From Candidatus Kapaibacterium sp. (GTDB taxonomy: Bacteria; Bacteroidota; Ignavibacteria; Kapaibacteriales; Kapaibacteriaceae): a stretch of 64,000 bases of DNA. The notes beneath the pieces are model-generated. The model saw only the letters and a list, made by a program, of their open reading frames with translations, had not been told where the DNA came from and ran no database searches. Below, piece after piece: positions 38,001-47,238 of the stretch; position 1 is the first letter of the stretch; each line of letters opens with the position of its first letter. The DNA lies in assembly GCA_018882895.1 (NCBI GenBank), contig VERF01000004.1:554-64553 (forward strand), given 5' to 3'. Made by a program: the position numbers and the translations under genes.

Positions 38001-38704
38001 CGATAGTCCGTGCCAACGTCCACCTCCACCGGCGGCGGCTTCGACCCGTAGGTACGCTTCCAGACGATCGTGAAGTCGCCATTGGTCGTGAGGATCGAAT
38101 CGATAAAGAGCCGGCGCTCATTGCCATTTGCATCTCGTGTGGCAGCAAACGTTCTGATGTTGAGCTTCGAGAGTGACTCGCTGCCTACGGCCACATCACC
38201 GAGGTCGAGAAACAAAGGGAGCCTGCGAAACGAACTGTCACATAGAAAGACATTACCGCCTCGATTGGGGTTCACCGACCAGGTAAGCGGAAGAATGCCG
38301 ACATCGCCGTTGTTGACGGCATAGAGCGTAGCACCCCCTTCGGCGAGCGTCGGGAACACGTTGATACGAGGACTGAAGGTCGAGGCCGTGAACACTGCAC
38401 GCCAGATACCGCTGCCGTCCGGCGTCAGCTCAGTGATACGCATGAAGCGGTTACTCTCCTGCACATAGACGTCCATGCCGGTCAGGGTCACAGGCTGCCC
38501 GTTGCGCGTGGCGCGGAATCGAACCGTCACCCGCGGAAATGTGGACGCGTCTATGAACGCCCCGACACCGGGAATCGCAACGCCGGTGATACTGATCTGA
38601 GCCTGCACCAGGCAGGGGGCCAGCAGAGCGGCAAGCACGAGCAGTGAACGGACGAGCCTGCGCGCGGACAAAGAAGGTCGATATGAATGCCGTGGTGAAA
38701 GCAT
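35027..38704 (-). CDS. Very large secreted protein (about 1225 aa): WD40/beta-propeller-like repeats, several Ig-like domains and a T9SS C-terminal sorting domain
   Basis: Signal peptide LLVLAALLAPCLVQAQ after the ATG at 38704 (verified; avoids overlap with the upstream ATPase gene). WD-like SSDGRYISSAYQNGTVLEWDI and GPDGSTLASCSNDL. Tail FPNPTSDQVTIGV...PGTYRVVL. Confidence 0.8.
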   Translation of the reverse strand: MLSPRHSYRPSLSARRLVRSLLVLAALLAPCLVQAQISITGVAIPGVGAFIDASTFPRVTVRFRATRNGQPVTLTGMDVYVQESNRFMRITELTPDGSGIWRAVFTASTFSPRINVFPTLAEGGATLYAVNNGDVGILPLTWSVNPNRGGNVFLCDSSFRRLPLFLDLGDVAVGSESLSKLNIRTFAATRDANGNERRLFIDSILTTNGDFTIVWKRTYGSKPPPVEVDVGTDYRIDLVFRPSKPGPISDVLTVVYEGGQRHSVMLFANTPTYQPSTLLQLISPNGGERIAPCQRLPITWKGAIQGFSTFVEYSVNNGRSWKFIDSTMDSSVVWDVPLEYTDSLRIRVYQKQGASDSRWLAGERSQATNLAFSSDGRYISSAYQNGTVLEWDIRTSQIVNRYVVDGTTIPGIKITTLSYAGSTRDLLAVVNRPAPARDQIVRLTSGTERPTSTVDADIPEVTEVCANAAGTTVYVAGPLTANVRVHDGASLAVRSGITLDAPISAVRFADSLINVSLINGDVVRLSPETGALEARYTTSLLRIGAPLMQTLTVSRSNGLIALAGVADAGAGNSPQEQRTFLYDTRTTSLIRVIYREGLNLVGVTINPSETFVTLGAQGQPQIQQYDVQQRRMLGGIPGMPGHNLLMNDIEYGPDGSTLASCSNDLQQNLLLRRIINPETDLSDGVLAIMPPDMSTPTISFGDRLIGSRIDTVITGEICNRGAVSAVFNTGGLQDSLWVTMPEAFRPDTVAPGECVQLRFRAVPRDTGLLTDTFELRACDRTIRVPLRVRSVDRDLTTFGDLTSFGDICVGDTSRRTFAVIRNNDPVPVVIDGMFMRKGTASQFRIRGYTPGEQLAPGASIQIEVLFLPRLRGSDTDEVVIAYAGQNIIYRSIRVTGRGAGDEISVSHPTLAFIPERTQRNMVLRNRSASPATLSEVTLTAGAPFTTDLVVPTVIAPGDSLVFTVTHDGSPISGNDFLTFRFTPCAVNAQVRLMAYSGTAIVRPQSVTVDPRKIVRIPVITSVTENVRYDGVRPLEVIVDIDEHHFLAQSIEVLGGSGEILSQDVSGGRRKIRFRVERSFNRQDTAIWLIGPAGIGQQDSSVMLFDSTSAGFSRVVTTTYGSALLRIANPDPTRHLRFPTGPIIGGIFPNPTSDQVTIGVVSDREVERVRLRIIDAQGAVVSDAAFDVPVGTVEHRMDLLNLRPGTYRVVLDANGYVSSAALVVIR

Positions 38705-38735
38705 GGAGCAGAGAACACGCCCAAGGGCGGGATAG

Positions 38736-39527
38736 TTACACCGAGGAAGGAGCGGGGACAAAGCGTGCAAGAAATTCCACCACGACGGGATCTGAAGAGG
38801 CCTGCAATTCAGCCACGGATCCTGTGAATCGCACGACGCCATCATGCAGCATGATCACGTGGTCTGCGACATTATAGACGCTGAACATATCGTGCGTGAT
38901 GACAACGGACGTTACGTGGTACTTTCCGGCAAGTTCATGCAGCAGATCATCGATCTGCTGGGACGTGACGGGATCAAGTCCTGTTGTTGGCTCATCGTAA
39001 AAGATGTACTCGGGCTGGCCCACCAGCGCACGTGCCACACCGACACGCTTGCGCATGCCTCCCGAAAGATCGCTGGGCTTCTTGGCTGCCAGGATGGCAA
39101 ACTCACGCTCGTAGTCAGCGCTACCGTTGCCGCCGACCGGCGGCAGAAGACCCACGGCACTTAGTACACGTCGGGCCTCGGCATTGATATGGTCGGTGTC
39201 GGTAACGCCATGCTCGACCAAGCTGATGATCACGTTCTCAAACACCGTGAGCGAATCGAACAGGGCAGCCCCCTGAAAAACGTATCCGATGCCGCGGCGC
39301 ATATCAAAGAGTTCGGACTTCGACAAAGTGTCAACATTGCGCCCATCAATAAGCACCGAACCCGTGTCGGCCTTGAGCATGCCCACGATGTGCTTCAGCA
39401 GCACACTCTTGCCGCAGCCGGACCGGCCGATGATGCACGTGGTCTTACCGGTCGGGATCGTGCAGCTCACGCCGTTGAGAACGACCTTGCTACCGAATGC
39501 CTTCTTGATGTTGCGCAGTTCGATCAT
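38736..39527 (-). CDS. ABC transporter ATP-binding protein, MlaF-like
   Basis: Walker A GRSGCGKS, signature [15 protein letters not shown], Walker [12 protein letters not shown] and H-loop ITHD. The N-terminus [12 protein letters not shown] is typical of the MlaF/Ttg2A type. Confidence 0.85.
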   Translation of the reverse strand: MIELRNIKKAFGSKVVLNGVSCTIPTGKTTCIIGRSGCGKSVLLKHIVGMLKADTGSVLIDGRNVDTLSKSELFDMRRGIGYVFQGAALFDSLTVFENVIISLVEHGVTDTDHINAEARRVLSAVGLLPPVGGNGSADYEREFAILAAKKPSDLSGGMRKRVGVARALVGQPEYIFYDEPTTGLDPVTSQQIDDLLHELAGKYHVTSVVITHDMFSVYNVADHVIMLHDGVVRFTGSVAELQASSDPVVVEFLARFVPAPSSV

Positions 39528-41326
39528 GCATTGGTTGGAGCCGACATCCTGGCACGGATCACTTCGAGCGTACCCGTCGGAATGGCGTCGATGAGCTTCC
39601 TGGTGTATGGATCATTGGGCGATTCGTAGAGCTCGTTCGACGTATTCATCTCTACAATCTTGCCGGCGTTCATTACGGCAATGCGATCGCTGATGAACTT
39701 CACTACACTCAGATCGTGCGAGATGAAGATGTAGGTGAGCTTGAACTCATCGCGAAGTGCCACCAACAGGTTCAGCACTTGGGCCTGAACCGATACGTCA
39801 AGTGCGCTGACGCTTTCGTCGCAGATAAGAAGCTTCGGCTTCAGTGCAAGCGCGCGCGCGATGCAGATACGCTGGCGCTGACCGCCGGAAAACTCGTGGG
39901 GGTAGTTCGAGAAATGGCGTGGCAGCAGGTTCACCTTATCGAGCAGGTACATCACATGTTCCTTGCGCTCCTGTTCGTTGCTACCGATCTCATGGACATT
40001 GAGAACTTCCATGATGGCGCTGCCGACGCTCAGGCGCGGGTTCAGTGATGAATACGGGTCCTGGAAGATGATCTGGAAATCGCGGCGCATCTTCTTCAGG
40101 TCTGCAGAACCAAGCGTACGCACGTCCCTTCCGTCAAACATCACCGAGCCGCTTGTCGGCTCGACCAGCCGCAGGACGGCGCGTCCGGTGGTGGTCTTAC
40201 CGCAGCCGGACTCGCCAACAAGGCCGAGTGTTTCTCCGGGCTTGACGTTGAAGGTGATGTCATCAACGGCCTTGACCACACCGCTGGTGCGCCCAAAGAA
40301 GCCTGATTTTATAGGGAAGTGGACCTCGAGATTGCGCACATCAAGCAAGGGGGCTTGCTTGGCAAGTTCTGCATTGCGCGTGGCGATCTCGGCGGCGGAG
40401 AACGAAAGCTCATCAACCCGTTCATCAACCGTTTCGCGCGTGCGAGCGCTGATCTCTCCGCTTTCTGATTCTTCCATGAAGTCACGAACCGTCGGAAGAA
40501 CTTTCAGCTTCCGATCAAGTCGTGGGCGGCAAGCCAATAGCCCCTTGGTATAAGGATGCTGAGGGTTCTCGAAGATCTGCTGCACCGTGCCCTGTTCAAC
40601 GATCCTGCCTTTGTACATAACGATAACGTCATCGGCAATCTCGGCGATGACGCCAAGATCGTGTGTGATGAACATCATGGCCATGTTGTGCTGACGCTGC
40701 AGCTGGCGCATCAGATCAAGGATCGTAGCCTGCACCGTGACGTCCAGTGCCGTCGTCGGCTCGTCGGCGATCAGCAGATCCGGATTGCACGACATCGCCA
40801 TGGCGATCATCACCCGCTGCTTCTGTCCACCCGACAGCTGGTGCGGATAAGACGTCATCATCTGCTCCGGACGGGGGAGCTTGACCTCGTTGAGAAGGTG
40901 CAAAGTGCGAGCGCGTGCTTCTTCGGTGGACACGTTCTGGTGCAGCTTGATGGCCTCGATGATCTGATCACCGCACGTAAACACGGGGTTGAGCGAGGTC
41001 ATTGGCTCCTGAAAGATCATGGCAATGCGATTGCCACGATACGTGCGCATCTGCTCTTCCGAGATCTTCAGAAGATCCGTCGCGGCTCCACCAGTCTCGT
41101 GGAAGATGATCTCGCCACCGGTGATACGTCCCGGCGGGGTCGGGATCAGCCGCATGGCACTGAGACTGGTGACGGACTTACCGGATCCGGACTCACCCAC
41201 AATGCCAAGGGTACGTCCCTTGTAGACGGTGAAGGACACGTCGTTCACGGCCTTGACGTCGTAGACATCCGACCGAAACTCCGTAACAAGGTTGCGCACT
41301 TCAAGCAACGGTTCCATAGGCGGCAA
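39524..41326 (-). CDS. Duplicated (two-cassette) ABC ATPase of the oligopeptide/dipeptide (DppD/DppF, YejF-like) type
   Basis: Cassette 1: [28 protein letters not shown]. Cassette 2: [29 protein letters not shown]. Both have the DPYT/HPYT oligopeptide-type C-terminal motif. Confidence 0.88.
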   Translation of the reverse strand: MPPMEPLLEVRNLVTEFRSDVYDVKAVNDVSFTVYKGRTLGIVGESGSGKSVTSLSAMRLIPTPPGRITGGEIIFHETGGAATDLLKISEEQMRTYRGNRIAMIFQEPMTSLNPVFTCGDQIIEAIKLHQNVSTEEARARTLHLLNEVKLPRPEQMMTSYPHQLSGGQKQRVMIAMAMSCNPDLLIADEPTTALDVTVQATILDLMRQLQRQHNMAMMFITHDLGVIAEIADDVIVMYKGRIVEQGTVQQIFENPQHPYTKGLLACRPRLDRKLKVLPTVRDFMEESESGEISARTRETVDERVDELSFSAAEIATRNAELAKQAPLLDVRNLEVHFPIKSGFFGRTSGVVKAVDDITFNVKPGETLGLVGESGCGKTTTGRAVLRLVEPTSGSVMFDGRDVRTLGSADLKKMRRDFQIIFQDPYSSLNPRLSVGSAIMEVLNVHEIGSNEQERKEHVMYLLDKVNLLPRHFSNYPHEFSGGQRQRICIARALALKPKLLICDESVSALDVSVQAQVLNLLVALRDEFKLTYIFISHDLSVVKFISDRIAVMNAGKIVEMNTSNELYESPNDPYTRKLIDAIPTGTLEVIRARMSAPTNA

Positions 41327-41358
41327 AGATACCCAAAGCCTCCGAGCTCCGGGGCGTT

Positions 41359-42654
41359 TTACACTTTGGATTCCGCCACGATTCGTCGGGCGTTCAACCG
41401 CAGGTAGAACGTAGAAAATGTCCGCCCGGCCGCCATGGACACCGCAGCGGCCATAGCGCCATTGAGGTCGGTCATTCCGACCAGAAGGATCATAGTTCCG
41501 GCAATGCCCCCTACCTCCATCATCGTCGAGATGGTCACCTTCACGTTTCGTCGGGCCGTGATAAGTGCCGATCGGTAGAGTGAATAGGCAACGGCGATGA
41601 ACGGCAGACTCATCAGCACAAAGGTTGGCACCCGGGCGAACTCGGCAAGGTGGGGCTCAAGGCCGTAGATGTGCTCGTAGATCATGTTCAGAAGGGGCGT
41701 CGTGGCAATGATGCCCAGGACCACCGTTGTGACGATGACAATGCGTACGCCCACGCGCCGCACCACCTCGTAGTTCTGGAACTTGTCACCAATGAGGGCA
41801 ACGCCAACTTCCTGATACGAGAAGCCGAAGCTCCGGAAGACGAAGACCAGTGAATCCACCACCGGAAGAACGGCCAGCGAGGTCAGCGTCAGCGGTGCCC
41901 GCCCCATGAAGAACGTCAGCATGGGCGTGACAACGAACCCGATCAGCGACGTCAAGGCAAGGGGCATCCAGAACTGGCGGATATCGTCATTGGTCAGCTC
42001 AACATCCCCACTGGGCATATCCCGATAAGACTGCAGGACCCCTCGGCACATCAGCCGTGTGGCGATGGCCTCACAGATCACTCCGACGGTGAGACTTGCC
42101 GCACCCACGACCACTCCGTTGAGAGATGTTGCCGACACCAGCAGCAGAGCTGCCGACATCATGGTGAGCAACCGCACGACCGTTCCGTAGGCAACCAGAC
42201 GTGTATTGCCGTTGCGGATCATCAGTCCCTGATAGAATCGTCGATACCCAATGGCAGCCGGCCACGGAATGAGCACAATGAGTGCATCCCGCATCAGCGC
42301 GCTCACCTCTGTGGGCAGCTGCAGGACGCTGTTGGCAACGAAGTTGTAGACCCATGGAAGGGTGACCACGATCATCCCGAGGGTGACGCCGATATTGACC
42401 CTGCGGGTGAAGCGCCGAAGCGTATTCATCGACCGCTCGTCACGCGCAAGCGCCACCGACGTGCTCAGAAGCTGGATCACCGGTGATTCGATCAGCATCG
42501 CCAGGGCAAGGGCCACACCGTACGCAGCAAGATTTACCTCGGCATCGGTCATGCGGGCGATCACCGACGTAAGGATCGGCCCCTCAATGGCCATCATAAG
42601 CCAGGTCATACTAAGCGGGACCCAGAACCGCACGACATCGCGCGTTGTCAGCAT
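41359..42654 (-). CDS. 12-TM membrane protein of the MOP/MATE flippase-exporter type
   Basis: About 431 aa, highly hydrophobic with two-fold internal symmetry. ATG at 42654 verified. Family assignment is by topology and feel only. Confidence 0.6.
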   Translation of the reverse strand: MLTTRDVVRFWVPLSMTWLMMAIEGPILTSVIARMTDAEVNLAAYGVALALAMLIESPVIQLLSTSVALARDERSMNTLRRFTRRVNIGVTLGMIVVTLPWVYNFVANSVLQLPTEVSALMRDALIVLIPWPAAIGYRRFYQGLMIRNGNTRLVAYGTVVRLLTMMSAALLLVSATSLNGVVVGAASLTVGVICEAIATRLMCRGVLQSYRDMPSGDVELTNDDIRQFWMPLALTSLIGFVVTPMLTFFMGRAPLTLTSLAVLPVVDSLVFVFRSFGFSYQEVGVALIGDKFQNYEVVRRVGVRIVIVTTVVLGIIATTPLLNMIYEHIYGLEPHLAEFARVPTFVLMSLPFIAVAYSLYRSALITARRNVKVTISTMMEVGGIAGTMILLVGMTDLNGAMAAAVSMAAGRTFSTFYLRLNARRIVAESKV

Positions 42655-42670
42655 TTCGCAAATTAGCTGT

Positions 42671-43189
42671 ATGAACTTCCATGAACGGCAACCGGCACCG
42701 AAAGCGATCGTGTATGTCTTTATTGTGGGCATCACCGTTCAGGCCGCTGTCATACTCGGCATGAGCTGGCTTTTCCACATCAGCTCTGATGGTCAGGAAC
42801 CTTTTGAGATCCTTCCGGCCGCCGGTAGCGCACTCGTCTTTTCTGTGGTTCTGGTTGCCATGTGGCAGACCACACTCAAGATCTGGATCGACGACGTCGG
42901 GATTCGACTGCGAATGCCCCCTTTCCAGCTCTTTTCCGAACGAACCATCCGCTGGAGCGAAATCGAGTCGGTTACGATCCGCAAAGTGAACCCATTTGGT
43001 GAATTCGGCGGCTGGGGCTACCGATGGAACCTCGGCAAGAAGACGGGCTACGTATGGAACGGCAAGCAGGGCATCGAAGTCGTGCTCAAGAACGGCAAGA
43101 GCGTGGTCATCACGATAATGGATCTTGAGGGGGCTCGCCAGGCTCTCGAGGGTCGCGTGCCGGTTCAGCTGAAGAATATCTCACGGTAA
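42671..43189 (+). CDS. Small membrane protein with a bacterial PH-like C-terminal domain
   Basis: Two TM helices followed by IRWSEIESVTIRKV..GWGYRW..GIEVVLKNGKSVVIT. ATG at 42671 verified. The longer ORF-track version (from 42362) is antisense to the flippase gene. Confidence 0.6.
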   Translation: MNFHERQPAPKAIVYVFIVGITVQAAVILGMSWLFHISSDGQEPFEILPAAGSALVFSVVLVAMWQTTLKIWIDDVGIRLRMPPFQLFSERTIRWSEIESVTIRKVNPFGEFGGWGYRWNLGKKTGYVWNGKQGIEVVLKNGKSVVITIMDLEGARQALEGRVPVQLKNISR

Positions 43190-43313
43190 CAATTCAACCA
43201 CGATTAGGTAACGGGAACGTCAAACTCCGGTGAAAGCTGAGCGATAGGTTCGCGCACTGACTGCACGCAGTGTTGCCGAACATCATTCACTATTCATTTT
43301 TCTTGGAGTTACC

Positions 43314-45158
43314 ATGTTTCGTTTTGTTGCCAGCGTCATCGCACTGGCAGTCTGCGTATCGGCCGGCGCGCAGGACTTTCCGGTGCGAATCGAACCCGTG
43401 ACGATCATTCCCTATCTGCAGGGCCGTGTGGTTGTCCCTCCGTCTCCGCTCAAGTATCAGAACATCTTTGTGGGAGCCGTCGACACGGTTGAAACCAAGG
43501 ATGGTAAGGCTGTTGCAAAGCAATGGCACGACTACATCGGCTATGCTGCAGATCCAACCGGCAACTCTCTCGGCTACGCCATCGTTAACCACGAAATGAT
43601 CGAATCCAATGACAAGATTGGCGACGGCGGTGGCATGACGATGTTCAAGCTTGGCAAGAAGGCTGACGGAACTCTGGAAGTGCTCAATCAGACCCTATCT
43701 GATGGTCGCTCAGGTAAGTTCTTCAATGTCGACTTCAAGAACACCGTGGGCGAAACGGGCATGAACTGCGGCGGCATGTCATGGAGCAACCGCGTCTGGA
43801 CAGCTGAAGAGTGGTATCAGACAACGAACAAGATGATCAACGCCGACGGCAAAGGATTCCGCGACACGACGGACTTCGAGATCGGCAAGATGCTGCCGTC
43901 CGGTTTTCCGGGCCTCGATGGAAAGAAGATCAAGCGCTACGAGAATCTCAACTGGATGGTTGAGATCGACCCTGTCAACGCAAAAGCTATCCGAAAGCAA
44001 TACAACTGGGGACGCCAAGGATTCGAATCCGGAGTCACGATGTCTGATTCCAAGACCGTATATCTGTTTGAGGACGGTGAAGTAGGCAAGTCGCTTCTGA
44101 CGAAGTTCGTTGCCGACCAGCCGGGTGACTTCACCAAGGGCAAGCTGTATTTCTATAAGCAGGATGCCGGCGCATTCACCGGCACATGGGTGGAAGTTCC
44201 AAACGATCCCGCCACAAACTGGGACATCATGGTCGCCCCTCACGCATGGGCAAAGACCAAGGGCATCACCGGCTTCACGCGTCTCGAATGGGGTCAGATC
44301 AACAAGACCGATGGCAAGATCTACATCACTGAGACAGGCAATGACCGGCCGGGTTCGCGCTACAAGGCTGCCCTGGCCGAGGGGTGGACGCTTCCGAAGC
44401 ACACGTATGATCGCGCCACGGCGCAGGGCGTCACGATCGACAGCTCTGCCTACTGGGACTATTACGGACGCGTGTTGGTGTTTGATCCAAAGGACAACTC
44501 CGTTCGCGCCTACATTGAGGGCGGACCGTACGTGACAGATGCCAACGCCACGATGAACAAGTATCCCGAAAAGCACCTTTCCAATCCCGACGGCATTGGT
44601 TTCCTGTATGTCAATGGCAAGACCTTCATGGTCATTGAAGAGGACCTCAATGGTGTGAGCTTCGGTCGCATGCCAAACACCGGAATGCGCGGTACGAATT
44701 GCGAAGCATGGCTGCTCGATATGTCGAAGGAACCGACCATCGACAACCTCTATCGCTTGGCGATCTCTCCATACGGATCCGAGATCACCGGTTTTGCATC
44801 ATTCGACGATGGCAACACAGTTCTGATCAACTCTCAGCACCCCGACAATGCCACCATCAGTGACAATGCCGCAAAGAACTCCCTGACGTTTGCCATCACA
44901 GGCTTGAAGCAACTCGTCAGCAGCATCGACAACGATGATGATCAGAAGGATCAAGCCGGCATTCGTGTCTTCCCGAACCCGACATCATCGCAGATCCAGT
45001 TCACACAGTCGACAGATGCTGCTCTCTATGATGCCACAGGTGCTCGCGTTCGCGTCATGCGCGAATCTTCAACAATGGATATCTCAGACCTTGCTTCAGG
45101 CGTCTACTATGTCCGCTTCGTCGATGGTTCGACTCGTCAGGTCGTCATCGAGCGCTGA
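43314..45158 (+). CDS. Secreted beta-propeller-like protein (PhoX/DUF839-like?) with T9SS C-terminal sorting domain
   Basis: Signal peptide MFRFVASVIALAVCVSAGAQ. The LSNPDGIGF motif is reminiscent of PhoX/DUF839. Tail VFPNPTSSQIQF...SGVYYVRF. A GGAG lies 8 nt upstream of the ATG. Confidence 0.65.
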   Translation: MFRFVASVIALAVCVSAGAQDFPVRIEPVTIIPYLQGRVVVPPSPLKYQNIFVGAVDTVETKDGKAVAKQWHDYIGYAADPTGNSLGYAIVNHEMIESNDKIGDGGGMTMFKLGKKADGTLEVLNQTLSDGRSGKFFNVDFKNTVGETGMNCGGMSWSNRVWTAEEWYQTTNKMINADGKGFRDTTDFEIGKMLPSGFPGLDGKKIKRYENLNWMVEIDPVNAKAIRKQYNWGRQGFESGVTMSDSKTVYLFEDGEVGKSLLTKFVADQPGDFTKGKLYFYKQDAGAFTGTWVEVPNDPATNWDIMVAPHAWAKTKGITGFTRLEWGQINKTDGKIYITETGNDRPGSRYKAALAEGWTLPKHTYDRATAQGVTIDSSAYWDYYGRVLVFDPKDNSVRAYIEGGPYVTDANATMNKYPEKHLSNPDGIGFLYVNGKTFMVIEEDLNGVSFGRMPNTGMRGTNCEAWLLDMSKEPTIDNLYRLAISPYGSEITGFASFDDGNTVLINSQHPDNATISDNAAKNSLTFAITGLKQLVSSIDNDDDQKDQAGIRVFPNPTSSQIQFTQSTDAALYDATGARVRVMRESSTMDISDLASGVYYVRFVDGSTRQVVIER

Positions 45159-45212
45159 CCTTCGTCAGGGGGCTTCTATTCTCTGTCGACCAAACAGTTC
45201 ATCGTAATCAAC

Positions 45213-45254
45213 GGGGATCGGCTGCACCTGATGCGGCCGGTCCCTGTTCCTATT
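45213..45254 (+). terminator. Candidate intrinsic terminator after the PhoX-like gene
   Basis: GGGGATCGGCTGCA (loop cctga) TGCGGCCGGTCCCT gives about 13 pairs if two G-U wobbles are allowed, followed by GTTCCTATTT. Confidence 0.4.
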
Positions 45255-45269
45255 TGAGGCACAAGAGCC

Positions 45270-47201
45270 ATGCGTAACCAATATCTCTTCGGACTTCTGA
45301 TCCTGCTACTTGTCGGTCATGACGGACACAAGGCATCGACTGACAGAAGACAGCAATTGCGAAGTGTCATCTCCTCAATCGCGCGGCATTCGGATTCGTT
45401 GGTAACGAATAATGTCCGAAAGGCAGTCGCAAGTATTCAGTCAGGCAACACCCAGGATGCTCTGCGGCACTATGAGGGCATACGCCAAGCCTACAAGGCC
45501 ATTGAGCCCCTTATCGAACACATTGATCCGTCGATGGTGACCATGCAGCTCAACGGTGCACCACTGCCAAAGCTGGATGCAAAGTCGCAGTTCGTTGATG
45601 TGCTCGAACCACATGGTCTTCAGGTGATCGATGAGATGTTCGGAGCTGATCAGGATTCCGTTATTGCCAACGGTGATGAACTGACGAAGGAGCTACTTCA
45701 ATTCTCCGTCAACATGCACAGTGCCGCAGCACTGATAAGCAACACTCCTTGGACGGATCGACTTGTTCTGGAGTCCTGTCGCACGGGAATCATGCGACTG
45801 ACCACGATGGGAATATCCAGTTTCGACCGTCCAGCCACCGAGCCGTTTCTTTCAGAGAATCTCGCCATCATGCGCACCATCCGGATGTTGGTGATCTGCT
45901 ACCGCGACGTTTGCCAGCAAAATGATCTGGCTGCTCTCTACGAGCAGGCACTGACGCTGATCGACGGCACGGGGCCGTACTTTGGGCAGTCAGATGGAGC
46001 ACTCGACAAGGCTGAGTTGATACGAACGATACTCGACCCGCTTTACGGCTCGATCGCTCGCCTTCAGATCGGTTTGGGCATCGAGCTATCGACGGAGGTC
46101 AGCCCTTCTCAGCCGGTGGTGAACCCTACCGCTGAAAGCATGTTCTCGTCCTCGACGCTGATGCCGACCGCATCAAGTGGGATTCATTACAACAGCATCA
46201 GTAATGATCTTTTGGACCTAGGCAAGGTGCTGTTCTTCGATCCGATATTATCCGACAACGCAGAACGCGCCTGCGCTTCGTGCCACCAACCGGAGCGGGC
46301 CTTCACAGACGGGCTGGCCAAGGGTCTTGCCTTTGACCATCAGGGCACGATCCTTCGAAACACGCCGACGTTGATCAACTCGGTCTACGCTAGGCGTTTC
46401 TTCTTTGACTTGCGCGCTCAACGCATCAGTGATGTCGTTGCCCACGTGATCACCGATCAGCAGGAGTTTCATTCGTCACTCATTGATGTTGTGGGCCGAA
46501 TCCGTGCCTCATCTGAATATGTTGAAATGTTCGAACGGGTCTTTGGCCGTCGAGGAGCCGAATCGATCGACGCTACCAACATCTCGATGGCTATAGGTGC
46601 CTATCTCACGACACTTGTTAGCATGAACTCGCGGATGGATCGATACCTGCGCGGCGAGAGCGTTACGATCTCTGCATCAGAGCGCCGTGGTTTCAACCTC
46701 TTCATGGGTAAGGCTGCATGTGCATCGTGCCATTTCCCTCCGACCTATGCCGGCTACGTCCCCCCGACATTTGTCGAGTCGGAGTCGGAGATCATCGGTG
46801 TACCAGCTCGGCACGATACAGTCAATGCACTCGAGGATTCCGACGTGGGCCGTGCCGGCGGGATTCTCCGCGAGAACTCGGTGATCTATCGCGGGTCCTT
46901 TAAGACACCAACCGTCAGAAACATCGCACTTACAGCCCCCTACTTTCACAATGGTTCATACGAGTCGCTTGAACAGGTGATGGACTTCTATGTGCGAGGG
47001 GGCGGTGCAGGCATAGGTCTTCATGTTCCCTATCAGACTCTACCATTCGATCGATTGGAATTGACCAGGCAAGATCAGGACGATATCATAGCCTTTATGA
47101 AGGCGCTTACCGATACATCGCTGAAGGTGAATCCTCCGGCGCGACTGCCGTCGATCGGCAGCTCAAAGACTGATCGAAGGCCGATCGGAGGTCGTTACTG
47201 A
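45270..47201 (+). CDS. Di-haem cytochrome c peroxidase (CCP/MauG family) with an N-terminal extension of about 300 aa
   Basis: Two CxxCH sites (CASCHQPERAFTDG and CASCHFPPTYAG) and TPTVRNIALTAPYFHNGSYESLEQV. The N-terminal 300 aa are helical with no motif recognised. Confidence 0.85.
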   Translation: MRNQYLFGLLILLLVGHDGHKASTDRRQQLRSVISSIARHSDSLVTNNVRKAVASIQSGNTQDALRHYEGIRQAYKAIEPLIEHIDPSMVTMQLNGAPLPKLDAKSQFVDVLEPHGLQVIDEMFGADQDSVIANGDELTKELLQFSVNMHSAAALISNTPWTDRLVLESCRTGIMRLTTMGISSFDRPATEPFLSENLAIMRTIRMLVICYRDVCQQNDLAALYEQALTLIDGTGPYFGQSDGALDKAELIRTILDPLYGSIARLQIGLGIELSTEVSPSQPVVNPTAESMFSSSTLMPTASSGIHYNSISNDLLDLGKVLFFDPILSDNAERACASCHQPERAFTDGLAKGLAFDHQGTILRNTPTLINSVYARRFFFDLRAQRISDVVAHVITDQQEFHSSLIDVVGRIRASSEYVEMFERVFGRRGAESIDATNISMAIGAYLTTLVSMNSRMDRYLRGESVTISASERRGFNLFMGKAACASCHFPPTYAGYVPPTFVESESEIIGVPARHDTVNALEDSDVGRAGGILRENSVIYRGSFKTPTVRNIALTAPYFHNGSYESLEQVMDFYVRGGGAGIGLHVPYQTLPFDRLELTRQDQDDIIAFMKALTDTSLKVNPPARLPSIGSSKTDRRPIGGRY

Positions 47202-47238
47202 TTGATAACACCAATTGAGCATTGCCTAACTTGTATCC

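Noticed and set aside
40556-41407. 283-aa plus-strand ORF, and similar long antisense ORFs at 12527-13444, 35573-36184 and 61131-61916
   Set aside because: Each lies opposite a gene with clear family motifs (ABC ATPase, secreted protein, giant T9SS protein, CobB). Their compositions are typical of antisense frames.
42362-42670. N-terminal 103 codons of the ORF-track entry 42362..43189
   Set aside because: This part is antisense to the 5' end of the flippase-like gene and is not hydrophobic or structured. The ATG at 42671 gives a sensible two-TM + PH-like protein with a 16-nt divergent gap.
43190-43313. Third heptamer-family locus or riboswitch upstream of the PhoX-like gene (AGGTAAC, GGTGAAAGC, AGGTTCG, AGTTACC-ATG)
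   Set aside because: It has only single heptamer-like words with no tandem array and no convincing inverted arms. Orientation relative to the gene differs from the two clear loci, and no riboswitch consensus is recognised. It is mentioned only as a weak echo.
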